Shown piece after piece: positions 1 through 13,263 of a stretch of 64,000 nt of DNA. Origin of the DNA: Thraustochytrium aureum. Taxonomy: Eukaryota. The position numbers and the translations under genes were made by a program. The first letter of the stretch is position 1; each line of letters starts with the position of its first letter. The notes below the pieces were generated by a model. The model was not told the origin of the DNA. It made no database searches and saw nothing but the letters and a program-made list of their open reading frames with translations. The stretch spans positions 1 through 64,000 of the forward strand of contig BLSG01000450.1 of assembly GCA_012862495.1 (NCBI GenBank), in the 5' to 3' direction.

Positions 1-1083
1 AAGAAAGGATCGCGGCACGCAACTGCTCTCCGTCAAAACCCGCCCCACTAAGTCGAGTTTTTCTCTTTTGCAGCAAGGATGGCAGCCCTGTGTTGCTGAC
101 CTTGGAATCATATTTTTCAAGCCGAACCCCAGTGATCTCGACAGGCCTCGGCGCCCGCCCTCCCGAATGCTATGCGAGGCGATATCGCTGGGCTTTGCGC
201 CAAGAGCAAGTTTGCTACTAGCTGGAGAGAGCTTCGGATCTGAGCCACATTCACAGACCTTTTGATTTGAAAGCCATATCCACGCCGTCTTGCCCGTCCC
301 CACGGTCGCGCGACGCGTGGACCCGAGCACTGCTCAGGTCACCTTGGCAAACTAGTGAGGGCCTCATTTGCGCCCCAGCTACGCGCACGACAGACACTCA
401 ATGCATGGCACAGCAGCTGGGGTTGGCAGAGCTATCGGCCTTTCTTGTCGCTCGGTGGGGTCGATCGGCTGAAGAAAGGCAACCTGGCGGCTTTCTGATG
501 TGAGCTAGTCGAAAGGCATACTTCGCCTCAGCTCCAGCCTGCGACTGACAGCCAAGCCTTTCACAATGTAGCCGAGAGCGGCGAGTACAACTCGCGTCCT
601 TCGAGCCGCTGTGGATCAAGGATCAACGGATAGGTGCGCGGTAGGTACCCTACTCACCTACCTAGTACATACACAGGCCGACAAAGTGCCGTTGAGACAC
701 TCCACCGAGTCAGGCTGCCATTGAGACAGGCTCAGGCTGCCTGCCTGTCGTGTTGGCCGCCACGTTTGCTCTCCTGCACGACCAACGAATGGGTGGGGGC
801 GAGCGCAATTCTTGTATGTATTCTTGAAAGAGCGGTCAACGACACGAGGAAGGCCGCGCCAGGGCGGCCACGCAGTCACCGACGCTCCTGCTGGCGCGCA
901 GGCGCGCCGTCGAACGCACAGCACGCCAACAGGAAGGCGTGACATTAGGCAGCCAGCCACCAAGGCCTGCGCCAACCAAAGCGGCGCACCCGCCGGTTGG
1001 CACTCTCGCGGGTCTGAAAAAACCCGACGTGACGGGGCGTGAACTATTCTCAGCCACGCGAGTGGCGGAAGGCGGGCGCAGTC

Positions 1084-4000
1084 ATGGGCGTTGGCGCCTC
1101 GAGCGTTGCTCCTGGCGCCGAGCAGACACTGGCGGAGCGCAAGGCCTCGAAGCGGCCAAGGCTCGAAAATGCAGAGAGCAGATTCGTTATGCCTCAAGGC
1201 CGGCGCCGGCGCAGCTCGATGGCCGCTGCCGGCGGTGCCTTCCTCAGCAAAATTGGAGCGAGCAGACAAGGAACACACAGGAAGATTGGGAGGACTGTTA
1301 GCCTTGGCACGGAGCAGCGCTTTGTCGAGCTTGAAAACAACAGGCACAGAAAGCTGGCCCTGGAAAAGGTCTTCTCGCAAGCATATCAGAACAACGCTCA
1401 AGCCAAGCATGAGGCCTCCTCCACGACACTCGTGAGTCAGAACTCAGGTCTAAGCAGCGCTACGGGTCCAAGGGCATCCGTGACCATGTCGATAGCCAGT
1501 ACGATGGACAATTTGGATGGTCATGCCGAGCCAGACCGCGTCCTCGACGTGCAAACCAAACTTGTTTCCTCGATGATCCCAGACATTGTAGGGCGCACAT
1601 TCGGGCCCAAGCGCGGCAACGAGCCAATGCAGTTTCGCCACAAGGCGTTCCTGATCCTCTTTGACATCAAAGGGTTTTCGTCCTATGCCGCCGAGCTCGA
1701 CAGCGAGAGTCGAACAAATGAAGACACGTTAGAAAACCTTCGCGACATGGTCCTGAGCGAGCTCATGGAGGCACAGCAGGCGCAAGAGCGACGCTCCCGT
1801 CGCGATGGCGTCCCCGTTCAAAACTTGCGCCCGAGCCAGTTTGTAAATGCGGCCTTTCACAAGCAGAGCGACCATGCAGGCGAGCAGCTCCAGCAGGTGC
1901 TCAACCGCACGCTCCACGAAATCCTTGTGCTGGCGGCGAACAACAACGTTGACGTGATAAAGTTTGCCGGGGACGCGCTCCTATGCGCGCTTTGGCACGA
2001 CTCGACTGTCAAGGAAACAATGCTCATTGCAAAGCTGCTCGAGTTCTCATTGAGCGCAGAACGGACCCTGCGAGACCGCAAGGGCACGCTCAAGCTGCAT
2101 ATTGGCATCTCTCACGGCACGGTGCTTTGTGTAAACACGGGGGCCTCCGTCAGCCAGCACGACCCCGTTTCCAACGAGTCAACCTCGTACGCTAGGTACG
2201 AGTTTTTCGTGGCGGGCCTACCCGTAATCGAGGCCGGAAGAGCGCTCGACCACGCTACGGAAAGCGGCGATATTTGCATCTGCGAAAAGACCTTTGACAA
2301 GATCACCGCCGACAAGTGGCTGAAGGAGACCCTTTTTTCTTCGCTCGAGTTTGAAGCCATCCCAAGCAGCGTCAAGGCCTCACCGCAGTCGTCCTCTGGC
2401 GGGACTGGTGCGAGCCAGGGCTCGTCGCCTCCCACGGGATCCAAGACTTATTACCGGCTGCGCTCGTTTCACCTCCGCCGCGGCCAGAGCGAAGTGTTGC
2501 ACAAGCTCTGCGAGCCAGTGATGGGTCGACGAAGCTATTCTGGCTTCACAGAAGGAAAAGGCCTCGGCTCGAATGAGCGGAGCAAGGACGTGCTGGCAAC
2601 GTTATCGACATATGTCCCGGGGTACGCGCGGTACTTTGTTTCGGGGCTCACGTCAACAAAGCAAACGGGCCACGCTGCGATGGCCGCTTTTGGATGCCGC
2701 CGCGTTGTGTCGATACTTTTCGTACAGATCCCTTGGCTTGATAGGTTTGACGCGGACGACCCCCAGGCCGACGCAGAGGAGTACCTCGAGGACTGCAACG
2801 ACATTATGGTGTCCTTGTTGGAGCTCATCGCCGAGTACGAGATGTGTCTGCGGCAGCTGTTAGTTGACGACAAGGGCTGCGTCGCGATCCTCGTCGTCGG
2901 GGCGCCGCCGCTCACGCACGATGATAACGCAACGCGGGCTTGCTTTGCTGCATGCTCGCTGCAGATGGCGCACCATCACCGGCTGAAAATCGGGGTTTCC
3001 ACAGGCAAAACGTACATGGGTCTCGTTGGAAACACACAGCGGCACGAGTTTGCTGTTGTCGGGGACATTGTGAACATCTCAGCGCGGCTCATGGGACTGG
3101 CGGCGCCAGGGACGTGCGTCTGCGACCAGGCAACCCGCGCTTTTGCCTCGTCCAGCTCGCTCATGTTCCGGCCCAAGCCTGGCGGATTCATGCTCAAGGG
3201 CCAGTCCGTCAAGCTCAAGGTGTATGATGTGCTCTACAACAGCGGCAAGTCGTGGTCTCAGACGAAAAAGTTTGTGGAGCGCTCGATGCATCAGCGTGCA
3301 CTTCTGAAATACTTGGGGGTTGGTGAGCGCGATGACCTCGTCGAGAATCTTAGACGCCCCACCAAGTACTCGAGTATGAGCAAGTACGACTCGTCGTCTC
3401 GATACTCGAGCATGGCCAGTTCTGGCGAAGCTGATCCAGCCGCACTTGTCCCCAGCGCGGCGAAGGAGACCGAGGACAAAACGGAGGACGGTCATTCCGG
3501 TTGCTCTTCGACGGAGCGGAGCGAGCGGGGTTCGCCTGCTTTCATGAGCAAGGCTGCGTTGGCGCGGTCCTCCACGATGGATCCGCTCGATCAGAGGGAC
3601 ACTGGCTTGCGGCCCGCTGGGCCGCGCCATACGATAACCCAGCCCGAACGCGTGGCAAAGGTAGCGGCGTACGTCATCTCAGGCGAGCAGGGCGTGGGCA
3701 AGACAACCTTGATCGAGTGGGCAATCAACGCGTCGCGGGAGTCCCACATGCGGGATAGGAGTTTGAGGGGAGCGTCAACGAAGCGCGCAGCCGGCGGTGA
3801 GCGAGAAGTCGGCGCGTTTGACTCGGCAAGCGAGGTTTTGAAAGCCCATGCCGCGAAAGAACAAGGACAGAGGTTTGTGGCGTTTATCGACGTGTCTCCG
3901 CGTGAAACGAGGAGCCGATTTCCAGCTTGGACGCAGCTTGTCCAATCGCTTTTAAAGTATGGAGTTGGGGAAACCAGTCTGGCAGACCAAGGCTCGTCGG

Positions 4001-7000
4001 CCAGTGCGCCCAGCGGCTTGGTGAGCGAATCCAACAACCGGTTTGAGACGAGCCTGCAAGCTATTCTAACGAAGAAGTCCAAAGCGGAGGAGCGCAGAAC
4101 CACCGACCGGCTGTCTGGGCGCCTCGCGATTCAGCGGACGGCCAAGACGGTTGTGCGGCGGAATCGGTACGCGCTGAGTAGGATTGACCTCAACCCAGAC
4201 GCCCGCGGGATCGACTATGGGACGAACGAAGCCAGCACCATNNNNNNNNNNNNNNNNNNNNNNNNNNNNNNNNNNNNNNNNNNNNNNNNNNNNNNNNNNN
4301 NNNNNNNNNNNNNNNNNNNNNNNNNNNNNNNNNNNNNNNNNNNNNNNNGACGCCCGCGGGATCGACTATGGGACGAACGAAGCCAGCACCATAAACCTCA
4401 AAGGCGCAGCGCTTCTCCCCGCGCTGCAGTTTGGCGGCTCGAACGTGCACGCTGTGATGCGCGAGCAAGAGTTTGGTGCGGTTGGGCCGCTCGAAGGCTC
4501 GATGGCGACGGCTCCCCCTGTCATCAAGGAAGCGTTCTACCACACAAAGCGGTTTGAGCTGAGGAAGGAGGACTTTGGAGTTTTCCGGTGCCTGGGCATT
4601 TCGATGCCCGGCCTCGACGGGCAATCGCCATTCTGGCACGGCGCAACGATGCTTGGCGCGGACATGCAGCCGCTGCCGATGGAAGAGGTCGAGAACATCA
4701 CGGCGCGCGTGGTGGCCTGCTTGCTGTTCTCTCTGCTTCGGCTCACCGGCAACCCGGTGGTGGCGGTCTTGGACGGCGCCGAGCACTTTGACCAGTCTTC
4801 GTGGGCGGTATTCTCCAAGCTCTGTGACATCGTGGAGGAGCAGCAGGATTGGGACCTGAAGCTGATCGCCTCTTGCGCGCTCTCCAAGTGCACCGCCCCA
4901 GCGAGTTGCGAGGCCGTTTTGTACAAGAGCAATATCCGCTGGCTGCAGCTGAGCGACCTGAGCTGGAACGGGATGGATACGCTGATCTGCAACCTCTTTG
5001 ACGCCAAGCAGGTTGACCCGGCGGTGTCGCTTTTCTTTTGGGAGCAGACGCGGGGGAATCCGAAGGGCGTCATGCGGTTCGTCGAACTGCTTGTCACCCA
5101 GCGGCTGCTGAGCGTGGTAGAACCGCGGTCCGTACTTTCGCAAACCGGGTCGAACCTGCCGCTCGCGTCCCAGAAGCACCAGTTCTCCAACTTGGCGAGC
5201 GCCGACTTGCTGCGCCGGTTCGATCGGCTGCCGCGGCCGGCGCAACTCATTTTGCAGATCATCTCTGTCGTGGCGATCCAGAGCGAGGATATCAGCAGCA
5301 GCGACCTATTCCTGCTGTTTCAGATGGGCACCCTGCTGTACCTCCCGCAGTATGCGCGCCTCCACTTTGGCAAGCCCTCCTTTTTCGAGAATTTCACCTC
5401 GTACATGTCGCAGCTCGTGGTTGAGCACTTTGTGGTGTTGTCCAAGAGCCAGCTGCGGGCCAGAGACTCTGCGACAGCGGCGTTGTCCTCTTTCGTGGCC
5501 TCGCACGCGAGCGTAAACAGCGCGTCGGTGTACGAGTCGCAGATGAGCGCTTCAGCCGCGATGTCCCCGTCTAGCCCGGGTAGCGCCCTGCCGCGGCCCA
5601 CAGGGCCCACCGAGCGAGAAGAGCTCGTCGACAACTTTAGCACGAGCAGCAAAGCCCCGTCTGTCAAGCGCGATGCCGTGAACAGTAGCCAAGGAGTGCA
5701 AGGGGACTACTCCACAAGACTTGCCCAGCCTGCAAAGTCCTCGTCGCCCGGTTTCGTCCCGTACTCGCCCACCACTGCGCGCGTGACGACGATCGGCGGG
5801 CCAGTGTTTGAGGGCGCCGAGCGGGGCAGCGGCCGGGGGCAAAACGCGCACATTATTGACGAAGAGGCCGAGTCGTATTTCTTCTCATCCGACCCGACCC
5901 TGTTCAGTGCCGGGACAGATGCCAAGCACCTCGTGCACGAGTACTTTGCGCCGTTCTCCGAGCGGGTCAGGGAGACCATATACGGGTCGATGAGCGATGG
6001 GCGGCGCACGAGCCTCCACAAGGACGTGTGCTCGTATTTTGAGAGCGCCTACTATCGTTTCCGTCGGAGCGACGGCTTGGAGGAGGCCTACACGATGCTT
6101 GCGGGGCACAGCCGCATGTCGCGGCAGCCGTTCCGCTGCTTTCGGTACTACGAGCTGGCGGCTAGCCACTGCGTCGAGGCGGGCGACTATGTGAACGCAA
6201 TTTACATTTTGCGTTTGTGCTGCCTGGCCTGCATCGAGTTCGAGGGCTTTGTCGCGGGAAAGGCGCGGCTCCTGGGTGATCAGTTTACGCCGGAGGTACT
6301 GCTACGGTTTGCCAAGTGGCATCTCTTCATTGGCAAGCTTTACGTAAAGGGCGGTTTTGACCTCAGTCTAGCTGTCGCGCATGTCGATCGCGCCGTGTCG
6401 GTCTATGAGGCCATGCTCGCATCTCTCAAGGGCCCGAAACGGACCGTTTCCCATATGCTGTTTTGGGCGGGCACGTCCAAGTTTGACGACTTCGCGGGGC
6501 AAGAAGGCCTTTTTCCCGTGCCCCGTGGCGAGGGCGCGCTCAAGGGGGCCGCCAACGCGGCTGCAAAGCTGCTAGGCGCTGTGGGAGGTCAAGCCCATGC
6601 GCTCGGGGCAGGTCTTGCTTCGCTCGCGCCGCGGCGACTGTGGGGGCGCTCAGCCGTGGTCGACAGCAGCATTTCGCACGGCCCAACCGGGCGGCGGCAA
6701 CACGGCTCTGGAAAGTCGACAAGGTCTTGGTTGATGAGCACGATGTCCAGAAGCACGCTATCCAGCCTCTTGAGTGGCGAAGAGGGCGCTGCGAGTATCC
6801 GCAAAAGGTTGCGCGAGTTTGACTGCAACAAGACCAACTCGGAGCGCGCACAAGCAGGCCTGCGCGAGGGCAAGCAGCTCTCTGCCCGGCTTTGGCATCT
6901 GCACCGCCAAAGCGAGCGGTGGATGGCGAGAATACGCGGCTCCCTCGACCTAGACCTGGACGGCGAGGAGGAGCGCAAGCGCAAGGAGCTCGAGTCGTTT

Positions 7001-7321
7001 TTTGCGAGAAGCAACGGCTCGTACGGGCTGACAACGACGTTGTCTAGCTCGGGCGGCGGCAGCGCGGGATCAGCATCCTCGAATGAAACGAAGCGCGAGA
7101 CGAGGGTCTTTCCGCTTGTGCCCACAGAGGAGTTGCTCGCTGGGATCATCGGGAGGAGCTTGCGCGAGTCGCAAGATACTTCGGTCGACTTGAAGGGTTT
7201 GCTGGCCGACGTCGAGTCGCAAGGCAGCTCTGCGCCAGTGCCGCACGAGCAGCGTCGCAGAACGTTTGCGCAGGAGCTCTTGTTCCCATCCAGAGACGCT
7301 GACGAGGCGAAGCGCGCCTGA
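1084..7321 (+). CDS. Soluble class III nucleotide cyclase (ADCY10/sAC - Dictyostelium sGC type): tandem cyclase domains + STAND P-loop NTPase + helical/TPR-like tail, ~2028 aa
   Basis: C1 motifs FDIKGFS and IKFAGDALL (both metal Asp). C2 motifs DDKGC, IGVSTG and GDIVNISARLM. Walker A GEQGVGKTT, then VLDGAEHFD..SW, TRGNP and RFDRLP..QLIL. The two ORFs join in frame when the 44-nt duplication flanking the gap (4198-4241 = 4349-4392) is collapsed. First ATG at 1084. Confidence 0.9.
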
Positions 7322-8245
7322 TGCTCCGTGGATGTTCTGCGTGCGAGAGCTCCAGAAGGACAGGCCTGGCAGGAAGGCAGAAGCGGGTGTCTCGTTCGGT
7401 AATGGTATTGCTTTTTTTTCTTGTTGGAAGCCGAGAAAAGTGGCTTAAGCTGAGCGAAGCGCGATGGCGCCGCCGTCTTTCGCCAGCAGTGAACCGACCT
7501 GTCACGCGGTTCGCCAGGTTGGGCCATGCTGCAAAGTCTCTAGCTAGAGCAGATCTTGCGGCGCGCTATCCACGCGGAATAAAGAAAAGCATAGTTGTGG
7601 GTTTTAATGCNNNNNNNNNNNNNNNNNNNNNNNNNNNNNNNNNNNNNNNNNNNNNNNNNNNNNNNNNNNNNNNNNNNNNNNNNNNNNNNNNNNNNNNNNN
7701 NNNNNNNNNNNNNNNNNNNNNNNNNNNNNNNNNNNNNNNNNNNNNNNNNNNNNNNNNNNNNNNNNNNNNNNNNNNNNNNNNNNNNNNNNNNNNNNNNNNN
7801 NNNNNNNNNNNNNNNNNNNNNNNNNNNNNNNNNNNNNNNNNNNNNNNNNNNNNNNNNNNNNNNNNNNNNNNNNNNNNNNNNNNNNNNNNNNNNNNNNNNN
7901 NNNNNNNNNNNNNNNNNNNNNNNNNNNNNNNNNNNNNNNNNNNNNNNNNNNNNNNNNNNNNNNNNNNNNNNNNNNNNNNNNNNNNNNNNNNNNNNNNNNN
8001 NNNNNNNNNNNNNNNNNNNNNNNNNNNNNNNNNNNNNNNNNNNNNNNNNNNNNNNNNNNNNNNNNNNNNNNNNNNNNNNNNNNNNNNNNNNNNNNNNNNN
8101 NNNNNNNNNNNNNNNNNNNNNNNNNNNNNNNNNNNNNNNNNNNNNNNNNNNNNNNNNNNNNNNNNNNNNNNNNNNNNNNNNNNNNNNNNNNNNNNNNNNN
8201 NNNNNNNNNNNNNNNNNNNNNNNNNNNNNNNNNNNNNNNNNNNNN

Positions 8246-8342
8246 NGAGTTTGTCTTCGTTTGTCGCCTTGAGGTCTGTGGCTGTCTTGACGTGCTGCAC
8301 GGCCGCGTCAAAGGCCTTTCGCGACTCGGTTTGCGCCGCCAT
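8246..8342 (-). CDS. ACBP: Acyl-CoA-binding protein, N-terminal fragment (rest in gap)
   Basis: MAAQTESRKAFDAAVQHVKTATDLKATNEDKL matches ACBP helix 1 and the following 'xNExKL' motif. Runs into the gap 7611-8245. Confidence 0.75.
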
Positions 8343-8446
8343 TCCGGCGCCCCGTCCCCTCTTGCTCGGCTCCCTCAGCTCACACCAACAGCTCGCGCAG
8401 CAGCGCGGCAGGGCAGCAGGAAGGGCAGGAAACCTGGACGATGAAC

Positions 8447-8496
8447 GGACGGACGGACGGATGGATGGACGGATGGATGGAAGGAAGGAAGGACGG
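8447..8496. repeat. Compound tetranucleotide microsatellite (GGAC)n(GGAT)n(GGAA)n
   Basis: Seen directly, about 100 nt upstream of the ACBP start. Confidence 0.9.
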
Positions 8497-8669
8497 TCGG
8501 CCGTCCTGCCGGTTGGTCGGATGCCGGCAGTTGCGCGGGGTGCTCTGGCTCGCCGGGTCGCGCTCCACGCGTCCGCGGTCGGTTCGGAGTCTGTCTGGCG
8601 GCGGCCTTGGCGCTTACCCGGCTGTCTGCGCGCACTATCGTCAACAGCACCTTCCTTCCTTCCACTGGC

Positions 8670-8700
8670 GAGAGAGAGAGAGAGACAGAGAGAGAGAGAG
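8670..8700. repeat. (GA)n microsatellite
   Basis: Seen directly, with one interruption. Confidence 0.9.
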
Positions 8701-8940
8701 GGAAGTGTTGCACACGAACTTTGAAATGCCGCGAAGACATGTTATGAAAATGAAATGCGTCGTCCGAGCGCCTGTCACCACCTCGATCAGGCTCGTGGTG
8801 GACCAACCAGACCGAAACGGTAGGACGGACAGCGCCGGGCCCGCCCGCGCGTGGCCGGCACGTGGCGCCGGCCGGAGCAAGGTGCACGGAGAGTAGGTAG
8901 GAATACTTGGATGTTTTCATTGAACAATCAAAAATAACTG

Positions 8941-10493
8941 CTAGTTGGCAGCCGCGACGCTGGCAGGCCACGGCGGGCACTGCATGGGCGGCTCCGCCTG
9001 CGCGGCCTCCGCGGGCCGGCGGTCGAGCGGCTGGCCAACCTTGACAACCTCGCCGGGCTGCACCTGGAACGCAAAGTCGGCGTCGCTCTCAAAAATGAGC
9101 ACGACGGTTGACCCGAGGTGGAAGGCGCCAAGGCGCTCGGCGCGCACGGCGCTGACGGGCGCCTCAAACTCGCGAGCAAAGCAGCCAGACCGGCAGCCAG
9201 GCACGTTGGTGCGGAGCTCGGGCGCACAGGCGATCTCAATAGAGCCCACGTTGAGCGCGCCGACGGCCACATAGGGAAAAAGCCCTGGGCCCAGCTGCCG
9301 TTCAGCACGACGCGCTCGTTGATGCAGTAGAGCCCGTCCACCTGCTGCGCGAACGAGGGCTTGACGGGCAAGAGGTCGCCGGGAAAGTGCTTGAGCTCCG
9401 TGAACTGGACCTCGCCCGCGCTATGGAAGTGGTGGTAGTCGCCCGGCGACAGGTAGAGCACGATTGAGTTGAGCTTGCGCGACGGGTCCGCGGGGCCAGC
9501 CGCGAACGAGGCGGGAACCTCGCCCAGAAAGTCGCGCAGCCGGTAAGACACGCCCTTGACCTGCTCGAGAACCACGTCGTCAAAGTCGCCCAGCGGCGCG
9601 CNNNNNNNNNNNNNNNNNNNNNNNNNNNNNNNNNNNNNNNNNNNNNNNNNNNNNNNNNNNNNNNNNNNNNNNNNNNNNNNNNNNNNNNNNNNNNNNNNNN
9701 NNNNNNNNNNNNNNNNNNNNNNNNNNNNNNNNNNNNNNNNNNNNNNNNNNNNNNNNNNNNNNNNNNNNNNNNNNNNNNNNNNNNNNNNNNNNNNNNNNNN
9801 NNNNNNNNNNNNNNNNNNNNNNNNNNNNNNNNNNNNNNNNNNNNNNNNNNNNNNNNNNNNNNNNNNNNNNNNNNNNNNNNNNNNNNNNNNNNNNNNNNNN
9901 NNNNNNNNNNNNNNNNNNNNNNNNNNNNNNNNNNNNNNNNNNNNNNNNNNNNNNNNNNNNNNNNNNNNNNNNNCCCAGCGATGCTCGAGGTAGGCCTCGT
10001 CGGCCTTTGTGGCGGCAGCGAGGCACGGGTTCGCGGGGCGGTCGGCGCGCACCTGGAGTTGGCGGCGGGCGGCGACGCGCTTCGAGAGGTTGCCGGGGAG
10101 CGCCCTCATGGCGCGGACCCCGTTGGAGAGCTTGGCGCGGTTGAGCGGCATGGCCGGCCCGGCGAGGGTGACGCAAGACTTTGCCCAGCGGAAGCCCATC
10201 TGCACGGTGGCGGGCAGCAGCGGCGCGCCGCGGCCCAGGGAGCCCTTGAGCGAGGTTGCCATTTCGCGCGAGCGCACCGGGATGGACCCCTCGCGGCAGC
10301 CGTCGCGAGCGAGCCGAACCACGACCCGCGTGGTCTGCACGCCGGTCTTGAGGGAGGACCACAAAAACCATCCCGCCAGGAACAGGAACAGCACGAGCGG
10401 CGCGAGGTTGTTGTCGCAGCTCAGCAGCGGCTCGGCGCGCTGGTTGAGCAGCTGCGCGTTGTGCGCCGCGTTGATCGTGGCGGCCGCGCTCAT
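8941..10493 (-). CDS. PISD: Phosphatidylserine decarboxylase proenzyme (PSD1/PISD type), with a gap and one apparent frameshift
   Basis: Motifs LEQVKGVSY, YLSPGDYHHFHS and NERVVLNGSW. After a one-base slip near 9275: VAVGALNVGSI, the FHLGSTVVLIFE self-cleavage motif and VKVGQPL. Linking the N-terminal TM-containing part (MSAAATIN...) across gap 9602-9973 is inferred. Confidence 0.88.
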
Positions 10494-12878
10494 CTTGTCC
10501 AATGCGCGTTCAGTCCCCTCGATTCGCTGCCCTTGGCGTGCCCGAGCGTCGCGCTGCCGAGGCCTTGCCCCCTTCGCTCCTCTCCAGCCTCCCTCCCTGC
10601 CTTGCTGGCGCAGCGACTTGCCTGCCTTGCTGGCGCTCGCTCTTCGGGAGTCGTTGGCGGCCCTCTCGCGACAGGACACTGCTGCGGCCGCGCTTTTGCT
10701 CGCCTGCTTGTCGCCTGCGCCGGCCTGCCTCTCGGACATACCGGAGAAACCCCCCGGCACGCGTTTACTTCCAAACCCCTGCGCTGCCTCACAGAGCGTG
10801 GCACAGTGCGCGCGGCGGGAGAACATCTCCCCTCACTCGGAGTAATCGGTCGCCGGCGGACTCCGTGAGGGCCGAGCGAGTGGCGCTTTGATCCTCCTCT
10901 CAGCTTCGGCGCTTTTCGCAAGTGGATCTGTGTGAGGGAGGGCGGCCGCTGTGAGGGGCGGGCTCTGCTCCTCTCTGCGTGTCTCCCGAAGAGCGTCTCT
11001 TAGAGGGAGGGTGGTTCAGTTCCTGACCTCCGAGAGGGAGCAAACGCGCTTACGCCATCGAGGCTGTGCCTGCCCTGCGCAAGAGCGATCTCGGCGCCGG
11101 TGACGCAAGCGCACCCACCCTGGGAGTGACGCCAGCAGGATCCCCGAGGCGAGCGGATGGCGCAAGCGCGGAGGACGCCCCGGGTGCACCCTGAACATAC
11201 GGTCAGCGCTGCGCTGCACAGACACGGCCGCCTCGGGTATCTTTCGGCACGCGGCTCAAGTGGGCATCAGGCGAGTCTGCGCCCGCGAGGTGTGCGGATG
11301 CGTTGTCTTGAACACTATTGAAATTCAGGTTTCGCAATTGTGCGTCGGACACAGTTTGGGCCGGGCCGGCCAAGGGCCGACAACGCATTGGGTGCGACCA
11401 ACGCTGATCAGAAATGCATCGGCAGGGCGCGACCGCAGAGGCCGCCTTCAAGTTGCTTGGCTTTGCGCGACATCCTTTGGTTGCTTTGGGCAAGCTTTGG
11501 AATTTTGGTGCGAGAGAGAAGAGTCGAGACAGCCATGAGAACTGCGCGGTGCAGCGTGCGGTGTGCACTTCCGTCGCCTCTTTTGCCGTTTCGCTCGAGT
11601 CTCGTTCGTCCGCATGAACAGGAGGGACTCGGCGTGGTGTGCGTGCGTGCATGCATGCGTTCGAGCGACCACGTAGACGCGTGCAGGTTGGAGAACTCAG
11701 CTCGCGGCACCCACCGAGCACCGATTCTCATCAGCCCCAATCAGCCCTGTCACCCATGTCACCGGTTCTCACCCGCCAGCCATGTCAGTTGCCAGTCGAA
11801 GGGTCGAAGCACTGCAGGAGTGGCTGCTAGGGGAAAGAAGCGCCACGCGTGTGGCCTGGGACCCGGAGTACCTACCGAGCTTGCTTGGAGACACTTCAGG
11901 TTGGCCAACGCACTTGCTTTCCCTCGCCCCCCGGTTCATGTCCGTGCGACGCCCCGACTCGCGAAAGCCTTGAGGGTATTCGTCAGCCTTGACCGTCTAC
12001 AAAAGTGGTCTAACAGCACGGACCGGCAATGTAGGGCGCCCGTGACAACAGCTCGCGCAGGCTGCTCCGCATCCTGGCCAACTGGCAAGAGTACGATGCT
12101 CGACAGGGCCTCGGCAGCAGCAGCGTGGCCTGGTGACTGTTGCACGACACGGCGGTGAATGAAAGAAACCCTGACGCCACGAGAGCATCCCGAAAACATC
12201 GACTTGGTCAGGGTTGTCACGCGCTGCAGCCAAGCGGACAAAGCGCCAGCCACGTTCCCTACTCGTGCAATCGGTGTTGTCGAGGCTGCGCTGCTGACTG
12301 CAGCCGACTGATGGGAACTGTTTTGGCTGGTAGAGTAAACAAGTTGTCGAGCGCTGGCCCGTTTTTTGTCCAGCGTCATCGGGCTGCCTGCCCTCGATTT
12401 CCGAGAGGAGAAGACCTACCTATACACGCGCCTATACACGCGCGAGTGGATAGTGAATGACTCGGGCATGGCAATGCCGCCTCACGTCACCGGAGCCCCA
12501 CATCGATTGGTATCGGGGCAAGAAAACCGGTGGCTCTCGCTCTCTGGAGGCGCCAGAGGCGCCCAGCTCCTGCAGTCTTCAGCTAGCTAGTACTCTGGGT
12601 ACACTCATCTCATCTCATCCGAATCCCGCTTCAGCCGCCCTGGCCAAAGCGCAAGCGCGATCACAGCAACCTGCAGTGGAGGTAAAACCTGCCAGTGACG
12701 GCACCAAGTCGTGGCTTTGGCGGGGTGAGCAGTCGAGCTGTGAGAGGAGGGGGGCAGGGGGGCCGGCGGCACCATTCCAAAAAGCCTGCTCACGCCGGCC
12801 AGGCCAGTGGCTGGGGCGCCGCAGCCAACTCGAGCCCCGTGACGAGTCAGATGATGGCCTTCACGGCACTCCACAAGC

Positions 12879-12946
12879 CCCACAAACGGGACCACGACGC
12901 TCGCTCTCAGGGCCCACAAACGGGACCACGACGCTCGCTCTCAGGG
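12879..12946. repeat. 34-bp direct tandem repeat x2 beside a gap
   Basis: cccacaaacgggaccacgacgctcgctctcaggg occurs twice exactly. The gap starts at 12952. Confidence 0.9.
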
Positions 12947-13193
12947 CCTGGNNNNNNNNNNNNNNNNNNNNNNNNNNNNNNNNNNNNNNNNNNNNNNNNN
13001 NNNNNNNNNNNNNNNNNNNNNNNNNNNNNNNNNNNNNNNNNNNNNNNNNNNNNNNNNNNNNNNNNNNNNNNNNNNNNNNNNNNNNNNNNNNNNNNNNNNN
13101 NNNNNTTGCAGATCCGAGTGGTGTGCGGCGAATTCGACTGGTCGGCTCCACTGCCGCGCTGCTGCTTCGCTGCTTCGCTGCTTGCAAGCTGTT

Positions 13194-13263
13194 CTGCTTG
13201 CACGTCGCTGCTTGCACGTCGCTGCGTGCACGGCGCTGCTTGCACGGCGCTGCTTGCACGTCG
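13194..13263. repeat. 14-bp minisatellite x5 (ctgcttgcacg[t/g]cg)
   Basis: Five consecutive near-identical units, preceded by gctgcttc repeats. Confidence 0.9.

Noticed and set aside
12879..13263. CRISPR-like array
   Set aside because: The repeats are directly tandem with no spacers, there are no cas genes, and the context is eukaryotic.
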